Shown here in pieces: positions 8,748 to 17,806 of a stretch of DNA of 64,000 bases; position 1 is the first letter of the stretch; every line of letters starts with the position of its first letter. Source of the DNA: a virus. The notes beneath the pieces were generated by a model. It saw only the letters and a program-made list of their open reading frames with translations. It was not told the origin of the DNA and did not search any database. Position numbers and translations under genes: made by a program. The stretch is from the IMG/VR virus record IMGVR_UViG_3300000239_000002, positions 2,761 to 66,760 of that record; one strand, 5' to 3'.

Positions 8748-9734
8748 ATGAGCACGATGAAAAGTTTTATAACAACATTAGATCTGGTTATGCAGGATAA
8801 AGTTGAGCCTGAAACAGTAGTAGAAGAGGATGAGATAGAAGAAACTCTTACTATTAATGAAGATGGTGAAATTGTAGATGAAAATTTGTTAACTGATAAA
8901 CTTAAAGCTGCTGAATCAGCGGTTTTGAGCGCGACGGACATCATTATGGGTGGCAAATATGATGAAAGTGTAGAACAAGAGTGGAAAGCCTTTGATGATC
9001 TATATGAAAATATTAAACAAACAAATAAACTCAAAGTTATGTCTGGCCAACAATTAGACGAGGCATTTACCAGGCAACATTTTGAATTATTTGCTGGTAT
9101 GTTAAAAAATATTAGTGATGATGGTGCTCGTAATGATTACGCGGGTCGTTTAGTAGCAATGTTTGAGAAGGATAATCCTCGTTTTAATAAAGAACAGTTC
9201 CTACAAGCCGCAGGTATTGATACTGCTGATGAGAAAACAGAACTTGTATATGATGAAACTGGGAAGGTACATCAAATTAGACCATCTGAAGTAGATGCTT
9301 TCTTACAAGGGCATCCTGGCCGTGGTTTGGCCGAAGGAGCAGTCAATGAAATTTGGGCACCAAGTAAAGAAATAGATGATATGGAATTCCCCACTACAGG
9401 TGTAAAGGACGGTTGGAAGAAAGGAGATAGTGAAGAATTAGTTTCATCAGATTGGGGCTCATCAGATTGGACTGTTGCAATGGAAGCAATGTGGGATTCA
9501 CTTCTTAGACAGCATGATGGCAAAGTAACTCCTGAAACAATGGAGGCGGCCGCTGAAGAAGTTATTATGGCGCATGGTGAACAAATGGGTTATGATGAAG
9601 GTTCATTTGGTGAAGGTGTTTCACAAGTTATTTCTATGTTTTTAAATAGACAAGATGGTATAAAAGATTCGAATATGATCGGCCTAGCAAATGATACTCA
9701 TAGATATGCTGGCAAAACAAAATATATGAAATAA
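8748..9734 (+). CDS. acidic late protein, candidate head-internal protein
   Basis: Very acidic; many L/I/V-x-E sites (INE, LYE, LDE, LAE, VNE); DNPRFNKEQF motif; TAAATA upstream. Confidence 0.5.
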   Translation: MSTMKSFITTLDLVMQDKVEPETVVEEDEIEETLTINEDGEIVDENLLTDKLKAAESAVLSATDIIMGGKYDESVEQEWKAFDDLYENIKQTNKLKVMSGQQLDEAFTRQHFELFAGMLKNISDDGARNDYAGRLVAMFEKDNPRFNKEQFLQAAGIDTADEKTELVYDETGKVHQIRPSEVDAFLQGHPGRGLAEGAVNEIWAPSKEIDDMEFPTTGVKDGWKKGDSEELVSSDWGSSDWTVAMEAMWDSLLRQHDGKVTPETMEAAAEEVIMAHGEQMGYDEGSFGEGVSQVISMFLNRQDGIKDSNMIGLANDTHRYAGKTKYMK

Positions 9735-9759
9735 AAACATTAATTAAGGGAGATAGTTA

Positions 9760-10032
9760 ATGGCTGGACACTTAAAAAATGCCGCAATCGCGGCAAATCG
9801 TAAATGTAATTTTTCTTATTACTGCTATCACGCATGGATAGCAAGTAGAGCAGGTGCTTTATTGGGTTATTTGTCAATCATGTCATTTGTTCATGCTTTT
9901 TTCCCATTCATATATGCTAAATTTGGATTAGCAAAATTAATTGTCCGTAATACTAACAATATACGCAGATCTATCCCAGATTGGGAAGGTTGGAAAGAGT
10001 TAGACAACTGGAATGACGAGAAATACAAATAA
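9760..10032 (+). CDS. small membrane protein (DUF6356-like; paralog of 56658-56864)
   Basis: Y..H...A and FVHAFFPF motif; SD GGAGA. Confidence 0.55.
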   Translation: MAGHLKNAAIAANRKCNFSYYCYHAWIASRAGALLGYLSIMSFVHAFFPFIYAKFGLAKLIVRNTNNIRRSIPDWEGWKELDNWNDEKYK

Positions 10033-10033
10033 C

Positions 10034-10062
10034 TTGACATTTTACCCAAATTGTTATACAAT
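10034..10062 (+). promoter_or_regulatory. sigma70 promoter
   Basis: TTGACA-17-TACAAT; ATG follows 6 nt later. Confidence 0.7.
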
Positions 10063-10068
10063 TATAAC

Positions 10069-10539
10069 ATGACTAAAAAATATATTTACCTTGCTGGCCC
10101 GATAGCGCAATGCAATTATCAGGAAGCAAACGATTGGCGTGGTTATGTTCGTGACAAATTACATACAAACATAATTGGAATTTCCCCACTACGTTGTGAG
10201 CCTATGGAAGGCGAAACATACGGCCCAGGTAACGACCCGCGTTACAATTCCCCTGGAGCAATAGCGGCTAAGAATTGGTATGACACAGAAAAGTGTGATT
10301 TAATTCTTGCGTATATGCCACGTGAATTAAATGAACGCAGGCCATCTTATGGTACAACTATTGAAATTGGTTGGGCCATTGGTTTGAAAAAACCTATTAT
10401 ACTGGTCACAGATGACGCATACTTGACAGAGCATCCTTTAATTAGAGCAAATGTAAATTGGGTGTTTGAAGATTTTGAAAATGCTATAGATGTTATACAT
10501 GGATTATTTGACGATTACGTAGGCAATGGATATAACTGA
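10069..10539 (+). CDS. nucleoside 2-deoxyribosyltransferase-like protein
   Basis: IYLAGP, CDLILA, SYGTTIEIGWA, KPIILV. Confidence 0.85.
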   Translation: MTKKYIYLAGPIAQCNYQEANDWRGYVRDKLHTNIIGISPLRCEPMEGETYGPGNDPRYNSPGAIAAKNWYDTEKCDLILAYMPRELNERRPSYGTTIEIGWAIGLKKPIILVTDDAYLTEHPLIRANVNWVFEDFENAIDVIHGLFDDYVGNGYN

Positions 10540-10732
10540 AATACATTGTGTAGATAATGGGCAAATTGCTCCAGCAGATATATTGCATAAAAATGATAGA
10601 ATGTTGGAAGTTGCTATTGTAGGCACCAACACCCCCATAAAATTATTTAAAAAAACTCCTGATGCAAAAGTATATTATGGTAGATATGCTGGCCTAGAGT
10701 TTACTTCTACAGGCGAACCACCTAAAACGTAG
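10526..10732 (+). CDS. hypothetical protein
   Basis: Coupled ORF in operon. Confidence 0.6.
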   Translation: MDITEIHCVDNGQIAPADILHKNDRMLEVAIVGTNTPIKLFKKTPDAKVYYGRYAGLEFTSTGEPPKT

Positions 10733-10807
10733 AGTTCTTGCAAGTAGTATTATTGGTATTTAACTAAATACTGGTAGATATTACTTTAATGGAGCACACC
10801 ACGTTTA

Positions 10808-11581
10808 ATGAACGATTTTTACGATTTCGCTACACTTCTAATTGATAAAGAAAAGATTGAAAAAGTAATTCAGCGAAAGGCTTCTATAATTCAAAGAGCA
10901 TTTGAAGAAAAACACAAATCTCCAGAAAGAATTATAAGCCTTGAATTTCACAGTATACTAGTAGATTTTGCCTTGCAAGGGTTAGATGTGAGCTATATCT
11001 CTGAAAATGAAAAACTTATCAAATATGTAGATAGTTTGTGTAAAGAATTTGATGTTAAAATTAAAAACCACAATATGCCATTAGATGCATTTTGTGTTAA
11101 ATATCATATAAGTAAAGATGATCATCCACCATATGATGCTGTATTAGCATTAGATCAATATTTTACATATGCAACTAGTGAAGATGAGCAAAGAACTAAC
11201 TTGCATAATGCTTTATCTTTATTACATTCAGACGGTATTCTATTAACATCCTTGATGGATTATAAAAATATTAAATTTAATAATAAAATGTTTACTGAAC
11301 CATTTTATATAAGCACTGGTGGAGTAGAACATATTCTAGTGTCTTACAGAAAATGGAATCAAGAGGACAGAAAAAAATGGATGCATTATTCATATGCTAT
11401 TAACCAAACAGATAAAACAATGATAGCATTTGAACCACAAGAACGACAAGCAATGTTTTTTAAACAATTGGCATATCATACTGCTACCGCAGGTTGGACT
11501 AATTTCACAGTTCATAAGAAACTGTTATATAAACCGATATATAGTAATAGCGGACAATATATTATATCAGTAACACAATAG
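10808..11581 (+). CDS. class I methyltransferase-like protein (degenerate)
   Basis: YDAVLAL...L..DGILL resembles MTase motifs II/III; no clear GxG motif. Confidence 0.35.
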   Translation: MNDFYDFATLLIDKEKIEKVIQRKASIIQRAFEEKHKSPERIISLEFHSILVDFALQGLDVSYISENEKLIKYVDSLCKEFDVKIKNHNMPLDAFCVKYHISKDDHPPYDAVLALDQYFTYATSEDEQRTNLHNALSLLHSDGILLTSLMDYKNIKFNNKMFTEPFYISTGGVEHILVSYRKWNQEDRKKWMHYSYAINQTDKTMIAFEPQERQAMFFKQLAYHTATAGWTNFTVHKKLLYKPIYSNSGQYIISVTQ

Positions 11582-11589
11582 GAAAAAAT

Positions 11590-12480
11590 ATGGCCATTGC
11601 AACATTTGAAACATTATTATCACCAAGTTCTATTAGAATAGAGCATGTTAATTTTGACACTAATGATTTAAGTGGTGATTATATAGATGGTGGTACAATA
11701 ACACATTTTTCTAGTACTGGTATTAAAGATGACGCAACTAATCTTGTATTACATATTGATGATAATGGTTTAAGTGTCGAAAGTCTTACTAGTAATGATA
11801 TAGAAGTTACCAATATTACAGTTAGTGGTACAATGACCGTAGAAAATCTTAAATATAATTTTACACAAGAAGAAATAGTAGATAGTATCCACTTAGGTAA
11901 GCAAGGGTTAATTCATATGGGACATGATACAGTGTTATCTCGTAGTGAATTAGGTTCAGGTGTTGCATATAGTAATTTAAGAACAGTAGGACATTTAGAG
12001 AAGTTAATAGTAATTGGCAATCTAGATGCAGGTTACAGTTTACACGTTAACTCGTTATCTAATCGAGTTGGTATTAATACTTCTGAACCCGTTGCCGCAT
12101 TACACATACAGAATGATAGTGGTGCTGAATTAGTAGTTGATGGTGTTGGAGACAAAAGTTATATAGGTACTGCTCGAAATACTGATTTGGTATTTGGTAC
12201 TAATATGCTTGGAAGTGAAAAAGCAGTACACATGACAGTATGTACTAATGGTAATGTTGGTATAGGTACTCGTGAGCCCACTGCTACATTAGAAGTACAT
12301 GGTGATATTAAGTTTGACGGTGTTGCAATGTCTTCAGGCTATGCTACACCAAAACCAGGCTGGCATAACAAAAGTGAGATTATTTGGAATCAAGAGCCAG
12401 CAATTGGCCAGCCAATTGGTTGGGTCTGTATAGAGTCAGGCGACCCAGGATCATGGGCATTGTTTGGTCTAATCGAATAG
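11590..12480 (+). CDS. virion structural / tail-fibre-like protein
   Basis: NRVGINTSEP and GNVGIGTREPTATLEV repeats; C-terminal GWVC...GSWALFG. Confidence 0.65.
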   Translation: MAIATFETLLSPSSIRIEHVNFDTNDLSGDYIDGGTITHFSSTGIKDDATNLVLHIDDNGLSVESLTSNDIEVTNITVSGTMTVENLKYNFTQEEIVDSIHLGKQGLIHMGHDTVLSRSELGSGVAYSNLRTVGHLEKLIVIGNLDAGYSLHVNSLSNRVGINTSEPVAALHIQNDSGAELVVDGVGDKSYIGTARNTDLVFGTNMLGSEKAVHMTVCTNGNVGIGTREPTATLEVHGDIKFDGVAMSSGYATPKPGWHNKSEIIWNQEPAIGQPIGWVCIESGDPGSWALFGLIE

Positions 12481-12539
12481 TCACTCTTTAAAATTCACTC
12501 TTTTATAATAAATATAATCATAATTCGGAGGTATCGATT

Positions 12540-13613
12540 ATGAAAAAGTATTTATTAGTAATGGTACTTTGTATTATATGCTCGCCCAATATCTATGCAT
12601 ATGATACAAACTTTTCACTACACGGATCCCGTGCTAGTTTTCTAATGATGGATAGTAAGTGGATGACACTTAACTATCTCCATCCAAACGCAAATAAAAA
12701 TGGCATGAGAGCGGCCGCCAAAGCAAATGGCGACACCCACATTTATCTGTATAGTCGTAATGCTGGAGACAATGGCGGCGGATTTAATTTAGGACAAATA
12801 AGTCCACAGGCAGATTGGGAAACACAACTAGATGTTCTAAACGCCTCAGGTTTAAAACCAGTTATGTGGTTAACCCCAGACGATAGCAGAGCGATTACTG
12901 TCCAATCTTTGGATGAACAAAAGGCGCATTTCAATGAAGTAGTGCGTAGGTTTGATAATAAGGTAACAGGATATGTCGCTTGTTTGGAATGCGATGAATA
13001 TTGGTCTCCGGCAATGGTTAATGCGTTAGTTATACACTTAAAGTCAATTACTGATAAACCAGTTGGGGTTCATTTAACATCAGGCATTGGCGGCCACAAG
13101 GGCAAAAACGAGTATTATGCTAATGCAGATTATGTCTTCCTTCAAACAGGATGGAATAAGACTCCCGCAGAAATTACTGCAATGGTTAAACAAGCAATGG
13201 CTGTTACAGGCAAACCTGTTGTTGCTTCTGAATATGCAACAGAAAGCAGAACAGCGGCCGCCAGAGCATTAGGTGATGCGGCGTGTCGTGCTGGTGCAAT
13301 AGGCACAGGCAATGGCAGAAGTGTTACACTATGTGGATACGAAGCACCACCGCCACCAAAGAAAAAATATGACAATTACTATTATGCAGTTGGAGCACTT
13401 GTTATAGTTGCTATAGCAACTTATGTTAATTATGATTATGATGCAACTGGAATTGAACTTAGATTTGATGCAACAGATAATTATTCCAGGTTTGGTGTTA
13501 AAAAAACATTTCAATTAACTGAGCAGAGTTCATTTAGTCTAGAGGTAGAAAATTATGAACAAGATTACAATGATGATAACCGGCTTCTTGTTAGTTATCA
13601 GTTTAGTTGGTAA
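12540..13613 (+). CDS. exported glycoside-hydrolase-like protein
   Basis: Signal peptide; LECDEY and VASEY resemble clan GH-A catalytic Glu pair; C-terminal SYQFSW. Confidence 0.45.
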   Translation: MKKYLLVMVLCIICSPNIYAYDTNFSLHGSRASFLMMDSKWMTLNYLHPNANKNGMRAAAKANGDTHIYLYSRNAGDNGGGFNLGQISPQADWETQLDVLNASGLKPVMWLTPDDSRAITVQSLDEQKAHFNEVVRRFDNKVTGYVACLECDEYWSPAMVNALVIHLKSITDKPVGVHLTSGIGGHKGKNEYYANADYVFLQTGWNKTPAEITAMVKQAMAVTGKPVVASEYATESRTAAARALGDAACRAGAIGTGNGRSVTLCGYEAPPPPKKKYDNYYYAVGALVIVAIATYVNYDYDATGIELRFDATDNYSRFGVKKTFQLTEQSSFSLEVENYEQDYNDDNRLLVSYQFSW

Positions 13614-13625
13614 GGCACATTGTAG

Positions 13626-13654
13626 TTGACTTATTAATGTAATTATGCTATAGT
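13626..13654 (+). promoter_or_regulatory. sigma70 promoter (extended -10)
   Basis: TTGACT-17-TATAGT with TG; ATG 6 nt later. Confidence 0.65.
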
Positions 13655-13660
13655 AATACT

Positions 13661-13879
13661 ATGCAATATGAAATTAAATCCGGAAGAACTTTGTATATGA
13701 CTAATGCAAGTTCTTCCATTCAAGCAGTTCAAAATTTTAAAGTATCTGTTGGGAATTTACCCGTTGATTCAGTTCATTATATAGGAAATATTTCAGTATT
13801 AGATAATGTTATAAATAATTTTGAGAAGGAAAAAGAATCCTATTTCGATTACTGGACATTTAATAATGGCAAGCATTGA
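13661..13879 (+). CDS. hypothetical protein
   Basis: ORF directly after promoter. Confidence 0.55.
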   Translation: MQYEIKSGRTLYMTNASSSIQAVQNFKVSVGNLPVDSVHYIGNISVLDNVINNFEKEKESYFDYWTFNNGKH

Positions 13880-14921
13880 CATTAAAACTACTGTTGGCAT
13901 TACACATATAGAATTACTAGACAATCCATTTGTTAAAAAATGGACAGATCATTTCTGTAAAATGTTAGATAGTTATAGTATAAAATATACAGTTCCGCCC
14001 ACTCCAGTATATGAGATTGAACCCAGATCAATTCCAGATACATTACAAGATATACAAAATTTAAAAAATGAAATTTATTCAATTAATAATTTAATAACAG
14101 ATGGAGCAAAATTCCCATTTGATCCAGAAAGAATAACTATTAATTCTATTCGTGATGATCATGATGAAGGACAGAAAATATTAAATGAAGTTCATCGTTA
14201 TTTTACTACTGCTGGTAGATCGATGAATGAATTTAGAAATCAAGGCACACATACTCGAGGATTATGGTCAGATAGTTTCCCTTCAGAATTTTCATGGGAT
14301 GTTTCTTATGAATCAGAATTTTTTCATTCTCATGCTTTAGTTAATGATTACGTACATGCATTAGATAGATATCAAGCAACATCTAGAAAAAAACAAGGAT
14401 ATGATAAACAAGTAGTTAATCTTAGGTTTAGTTTTGATAATAAAATAGGTGATTGTCGATTTGAAGAAGGAGCATTCCATCATATTTCATCACAGGATTA
14501 TGCGTATGCTGATGATAATGAAGATCTTGATGTTTGGGTAAGTAATGCCATATTAGGAAAAGATTATATAGAAGCATGGTATGATCAAGATGATCCTTCT
14601 CAATGGGATGTCACACCTATTAATGGGCATAGTGGATGTTTTAAAATTAACGTATACAATCGTTGGCATTATCATAGAAGTGAAGAAGGTCGCTTGATAC
14701 AACATTTAGTAAAAAGTAATGAGTTTCAAAATTGGTTAAAAGAACATAATGTTGAATACCATCCTTCTATGTGCGGTATGCCATTGGGTAAGGTAACACG
14801 TGGTAAAAATTTACTTAATTGGATGAAAATACCTCCACGAGATTGTCCATTATCTCCTTGGATTACAAATAATAATAATCAATGGATAAACAGATCTTTC
14901 GAGGTAATTTTAAATGTATAG
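13866..14921 (+). CDS. hypothetical protein (paralog of 31718-32677)
   Basis: Shared motifs PFVxKW, LNxxHRYFTT, LGKDY, DDP, CGxPLGKV. Confidence 0.75.
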   Translation: MASIDIKTTVGITHIELLDNPFVKKWTDHFCKMLDSYSIKYTVPPTPVYEIEPRSIPDTLQDIQNLKNEIYSINNLITDGAKFPFDPERITINSIRDDHDEGQKILNEVHRYFTTAGRSMNEFRNQGTHTRGLWSDSFPSEFSWDVSYESEFFHSHALVNDYVHALDRYQATSRKKQGYDKQVVNLRFSFDNKIGDCRFEEGAFHHISSQDYAYADDNEDLDVWVSNAILGKDYIEAWYDQDDPSQWDVTPINGHSGCFKINVYNRWHYHRSEEGRLIQHLVKSNEFQNWLKEHNVEYHPSMCGMPLGKVTRGKNLLNWMKIPPRDCPLSPWITNNNNQWINRSFEVILNV

Positions 14922-15234
14922 ACCTTTACCAAATGGAATAACAATAGGACAGTCCAAAATTGAAGGAATTGGTTTAATTGCAACCAGAAATTTTGATAAG
15001 GACATTGTATTGGGCATCGCTCATATTGCGAATAAGAATTTTCCACATGGGTATATACGCACTGCATTAGGAGCTTTTTATAATCATAATAATAATCCAA
15101 ATTGTAAAACAATGAATGGATTTTGGCATCAAATTCCTGTTAAGTATCTCGTTACGATTAAAAAAATTCAACCTAATGATGAATTAACAGCAGAATATTC
15201 TTTATATGTAGTAGAGGAAGATAATTGGGAATGA
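14914..15234 (+). CDS. SET-domain protein
   Basis: SKIEGIGLIAT, YNHNNNPNC, ELTAEY. Confidence 0.85.
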   Translation: MYRPLPNGITIGQSKIEGIGLIATRNFDKDIVLGIAHIANKNFPHGYIRTALGAFYNHNNNPNCKTMNGFWHQIPVKYLVTIKKIQPNDELTAEYSLYVVEEDNWE

Positions 15235-16310
15235 ACATAATAGCTCTAAATAAAGAATTAAATATTGATGATTTAAATCAAACTACAGAAATAGAATTAA
15301 CATTTGATAATATATGTAACTTATCTTGTAGTTATTGTGATAGTTCCAAAAGTTCATCATGGGCCCTTAATATAAATTTGAATGGTGCTTTTAATTTACA
15401 AACAAGTAATTTATATAATGAAGTTTTTGAGTTTGATGGGCGGTTAATTCAAAAAAACTTAATTAAATTTATTAGTTGGTGGCATAATAATAGTAATCAA
15501 GTAACAGTACTCAAGATAAATGGTGGTGAACCAATATTATCACAATATTTTTGGAAATTCATTCATAATATTTCAAAATCCCCTAATCCAGAATTAAATT
15601 TAATTATTGTATCCAATTTAGTCTATGATCCTGGCCAGCTTGATAAGTTATATGATGTAAGTGATAAATTTAAATCTATACAAATAATAGCAAGTATAGA
15701 TGTCAATAATGGTATTTGCGATTTTTTAAGAGCAGGCGGCGGTTATTTAAGACAGAAAAATAATATTATGAGATCACTTGGTGCACCTATTAATTGTTTT
15801 CTTACATTGCAAAATGTTATTAGTGTATTTTCTGTTTGGTATTATAGTTCATTTATAGAGTATAATATAGAATTAAGAAAACACAGTTCAACTTCAAGAT
15901 TTGATAGTTTAGAAGCACTTTTAAATCCTAGTGAATGGTCACGCTTTGCAACGATCCCAGGCAATCTTAGACCTTTTAGTAGTATTATATTAACATCTCC
16001 GTCTTTTCAAAGTATATTAATGTTACCTACACATTTAAGAGAATATTTGTATGAAGATATATTTACTACATATAGTTCTCTAAAAAGTGAGTTACATAAA
16101 CCAGATAAAAATACCATTATTAGATGTTTAAATTATATCCAATCTGCTAAATTTCCAGATAATCTGGAATCAAATAGATTAAGTATGGAACGAGATCTTA
16201 AAAAATTTATAATCGAATATGAAAAAATAGTTCGTAATGACGATAAAGAATTCACATCAATATCTTCTATATTTCCTAAAGTATTTGTAGATTGGCTGGA
16301 TACTATATAA
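15231..16310 (+). CDS. radical SAM protein
   Basis: CNLSCSYC, SSSW, NGGEP. Confidence 0.9.
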   Translation: MNIIALNKELNIDDLNQTTEIELTFDNICNLSCSYCDSSKSSSWALNINLNGAFNLQTSNLYNEVFEFDGRLIQKNLIKFISWWHNNSNQVTVLKINGGEPILSQYFWKFIHNISKSPNPELNLIIVSNLVYDPGQLDKLYDVSDKFKSIQIIASIDVNNGICDFLRAGGGYLRQKNNIMRSLGAPINCFLTLQNVISVFSVWYYSSFIEYNIELRKHSSTSRFDSLEALLNPSEWSRFATIPGNLRPFSSIILTSPSFQSILMLPTHLREYLYEDIFTTYSSLKSELHKPDKNTIIRCLNYIQSAKFPDNLESNRLSMERDLKKFIIEYEKIVRNDDKEFTSISSIFPKVFVDWLDTI

Positions 16311-16432
16311 TACGGTAATATATAATATATTATTTCTTTCTTAAATAACAAACTAGGGGTGGATGGTTATGGATCACATATATAGGGTATATAATCATCG
16401 CTGACTAGTTTAGCAACTTATTGGAGAATAAT

Positions 16433-16648
16433 ATGAAGGCAATAGTAATTGCAGCTTTAATTACAGGTTTTTCAATTAGTTCAGTTTATGCGTCGGATCA
16501 CGGCGATGCCGCATGGCAAGCTCATGTCGGTACAGTTGGCACTCCAGCACCATGTGAAATGGTAATGGATCGTGGTGGTCCAGTTGAAGTTTGCGGTACA
16601 ATATTTCTAGGTCATGAGTTGACAAAGGAAGATTTACTAGCAAAGTAA
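16433..16648 (+). CDS. small exported protein
   Basis: SD GGAG; signal peptide ending VYA; two Cys, several His/Met. Confidence 0.65.
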   Translation: MKAIVIAALITGFSISSVYASDHGDAAWQAHVGTVGTPAPCEMVMDRGGPVEVCGTIFLGHELTKEDLLAK

Positions 16649-16703
16649 ACTATATAGCATAATTGAATCATTCGACAATAATAATTAAACGCTAAAAACA
16701 CGG

Positions 16704-16728
16704 AAAGGGCCCGCTATAGGGCCCTTTT
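16704..16728. terminator. bidirectional intrinsic terminator
   Basis: AAAGGGCCC-GCTATA-GGGCCCTTTT between convergent genes. Confidence 0.85.
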
Positions 16729-16759
16729 CACTTATTAAATCCATAGACTTGGTTTTAAC

Positions 16760-17125
16760 TTACGAGTGTTTCTTTTTTTCCGAAGCACCATTTTTATGTA
16801 CGTCTTTGCGTATTACTTTTTCAAGTTTTAAATATGCTAATCTTTCGTTAGGAACATATCTCCAAACTACGCCTCTATCATTTACTTTTTCAAATACTGT
16901 TTTAGTAACACCAATTGCTATAATAACTGCTTCTTCATCATCCAATATTACAATGTCACCGGGATTAAATGCGTTACTTAATTTAAATTTTATTCCTTTT
17001 GCTAAGGATGTTGCCCAATCTTTAATCATCATTGCCATAATTATGCTTACTAGTATAGTAAGCCAAGGCATTAAAAATGTTGTAAGTTGCATACTAGTTG
17101 TTAGAGATAGTTCTTCAATATTCAT
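16760..17125 (-). CDS. MscS-like small membrane protein
   Basis: N-terminal TM helix, FNPGDIVIL, IGVTKT, YVPN. Confidence 0.55.
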   Translation of the reverse strand: MNIEELSLTTSMQLTTFLMPWLTILVSIIMAMMIKDWATSLAKGIKFKLSNAFNPGDIVILDDEEAVIIAIGVTKTVFEKVNDRGVVWRYVPNERLAYLKLEKVIRKDVHKNGASEKKKHS

Positions 17126-17158
17126 ATACAAATTTTCCTATTTGTGTAAATATTATTT

Positions 17159-17806
17159 ATGGTAAAGAAGGTAGCATTTTGTATAGGCAATGGTCAATCT
17201 CGTAAGGGGTATGATCTAGAGAAATTACGGGACGTTGGTCCATTATATGGCTGTGGCGCAATTTGGCGTGACCATCACGTGGATAATTTAATTTGTTGTG
17301 ATAAATTTAGAGCAAAAGATGCCGCAGAGCATCACGTAGAAATGCGTTCAAATTTTTATACGCGAGTAGATTATATCCCACATTTAGAGGCAGTAGGTAT
17401 TAAACCACTGCCATCACTTCCTTATTTTGGATTAGAACCGCATGAACAACCTTCAGGTTGGGATAGTGGTTTATATGCTGTACATACCGCTATACACGAA
17501 AAAGCAGATGTAATAATGTTGCTTGGTTATGACTTTTATGGTTGGGGTAAAAATCAAAGTAGAGTTAACAACATATACAAGAGAACAAAACATTATAATA
17601 AAGAGAAAAAACCACGTGATCCAATTACGTGGATTAACCAATTTCAATTGTTGTTTAAAACGCATTATACAGTAACATTTATTTTTATTAAACCTGAAAA
17701 TTATCCACATCCGCCAGAGTTTGACTCGTGGAGGTATGTATTGTTTGATACGTATGAGGGATTGGATAGGTTTGCTAGTAAAAAACTAGACGATATACAC
17801 AATTAA
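17159..17806 (+). CDS. DUF115/MptE-like GNGxS protein
   Basis: AFCIGNGQSR, LYGCGA, WDSG, LLGYDF. Confidence 0.5.
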   Translation: MVKKVAFCIGNGQSRKGYDLEKLRDVGPLYGCGAIWRDHHVDNLICCDKFRAKDAAEHHVEMRSNFYTRVDYIPHLEAVGIKPLPSLPYFGLEPHEQPSGWDSGLYAVHTAIHEKADVIMLLGYDFYGWGKNQSRVNNIYKRTKHYNKEKKPRDPITWINQFQLLFKTHYTVTFIFIKPENYPHPPEFDSWRYVLFDTYEGLDRFASKKLDDIHN

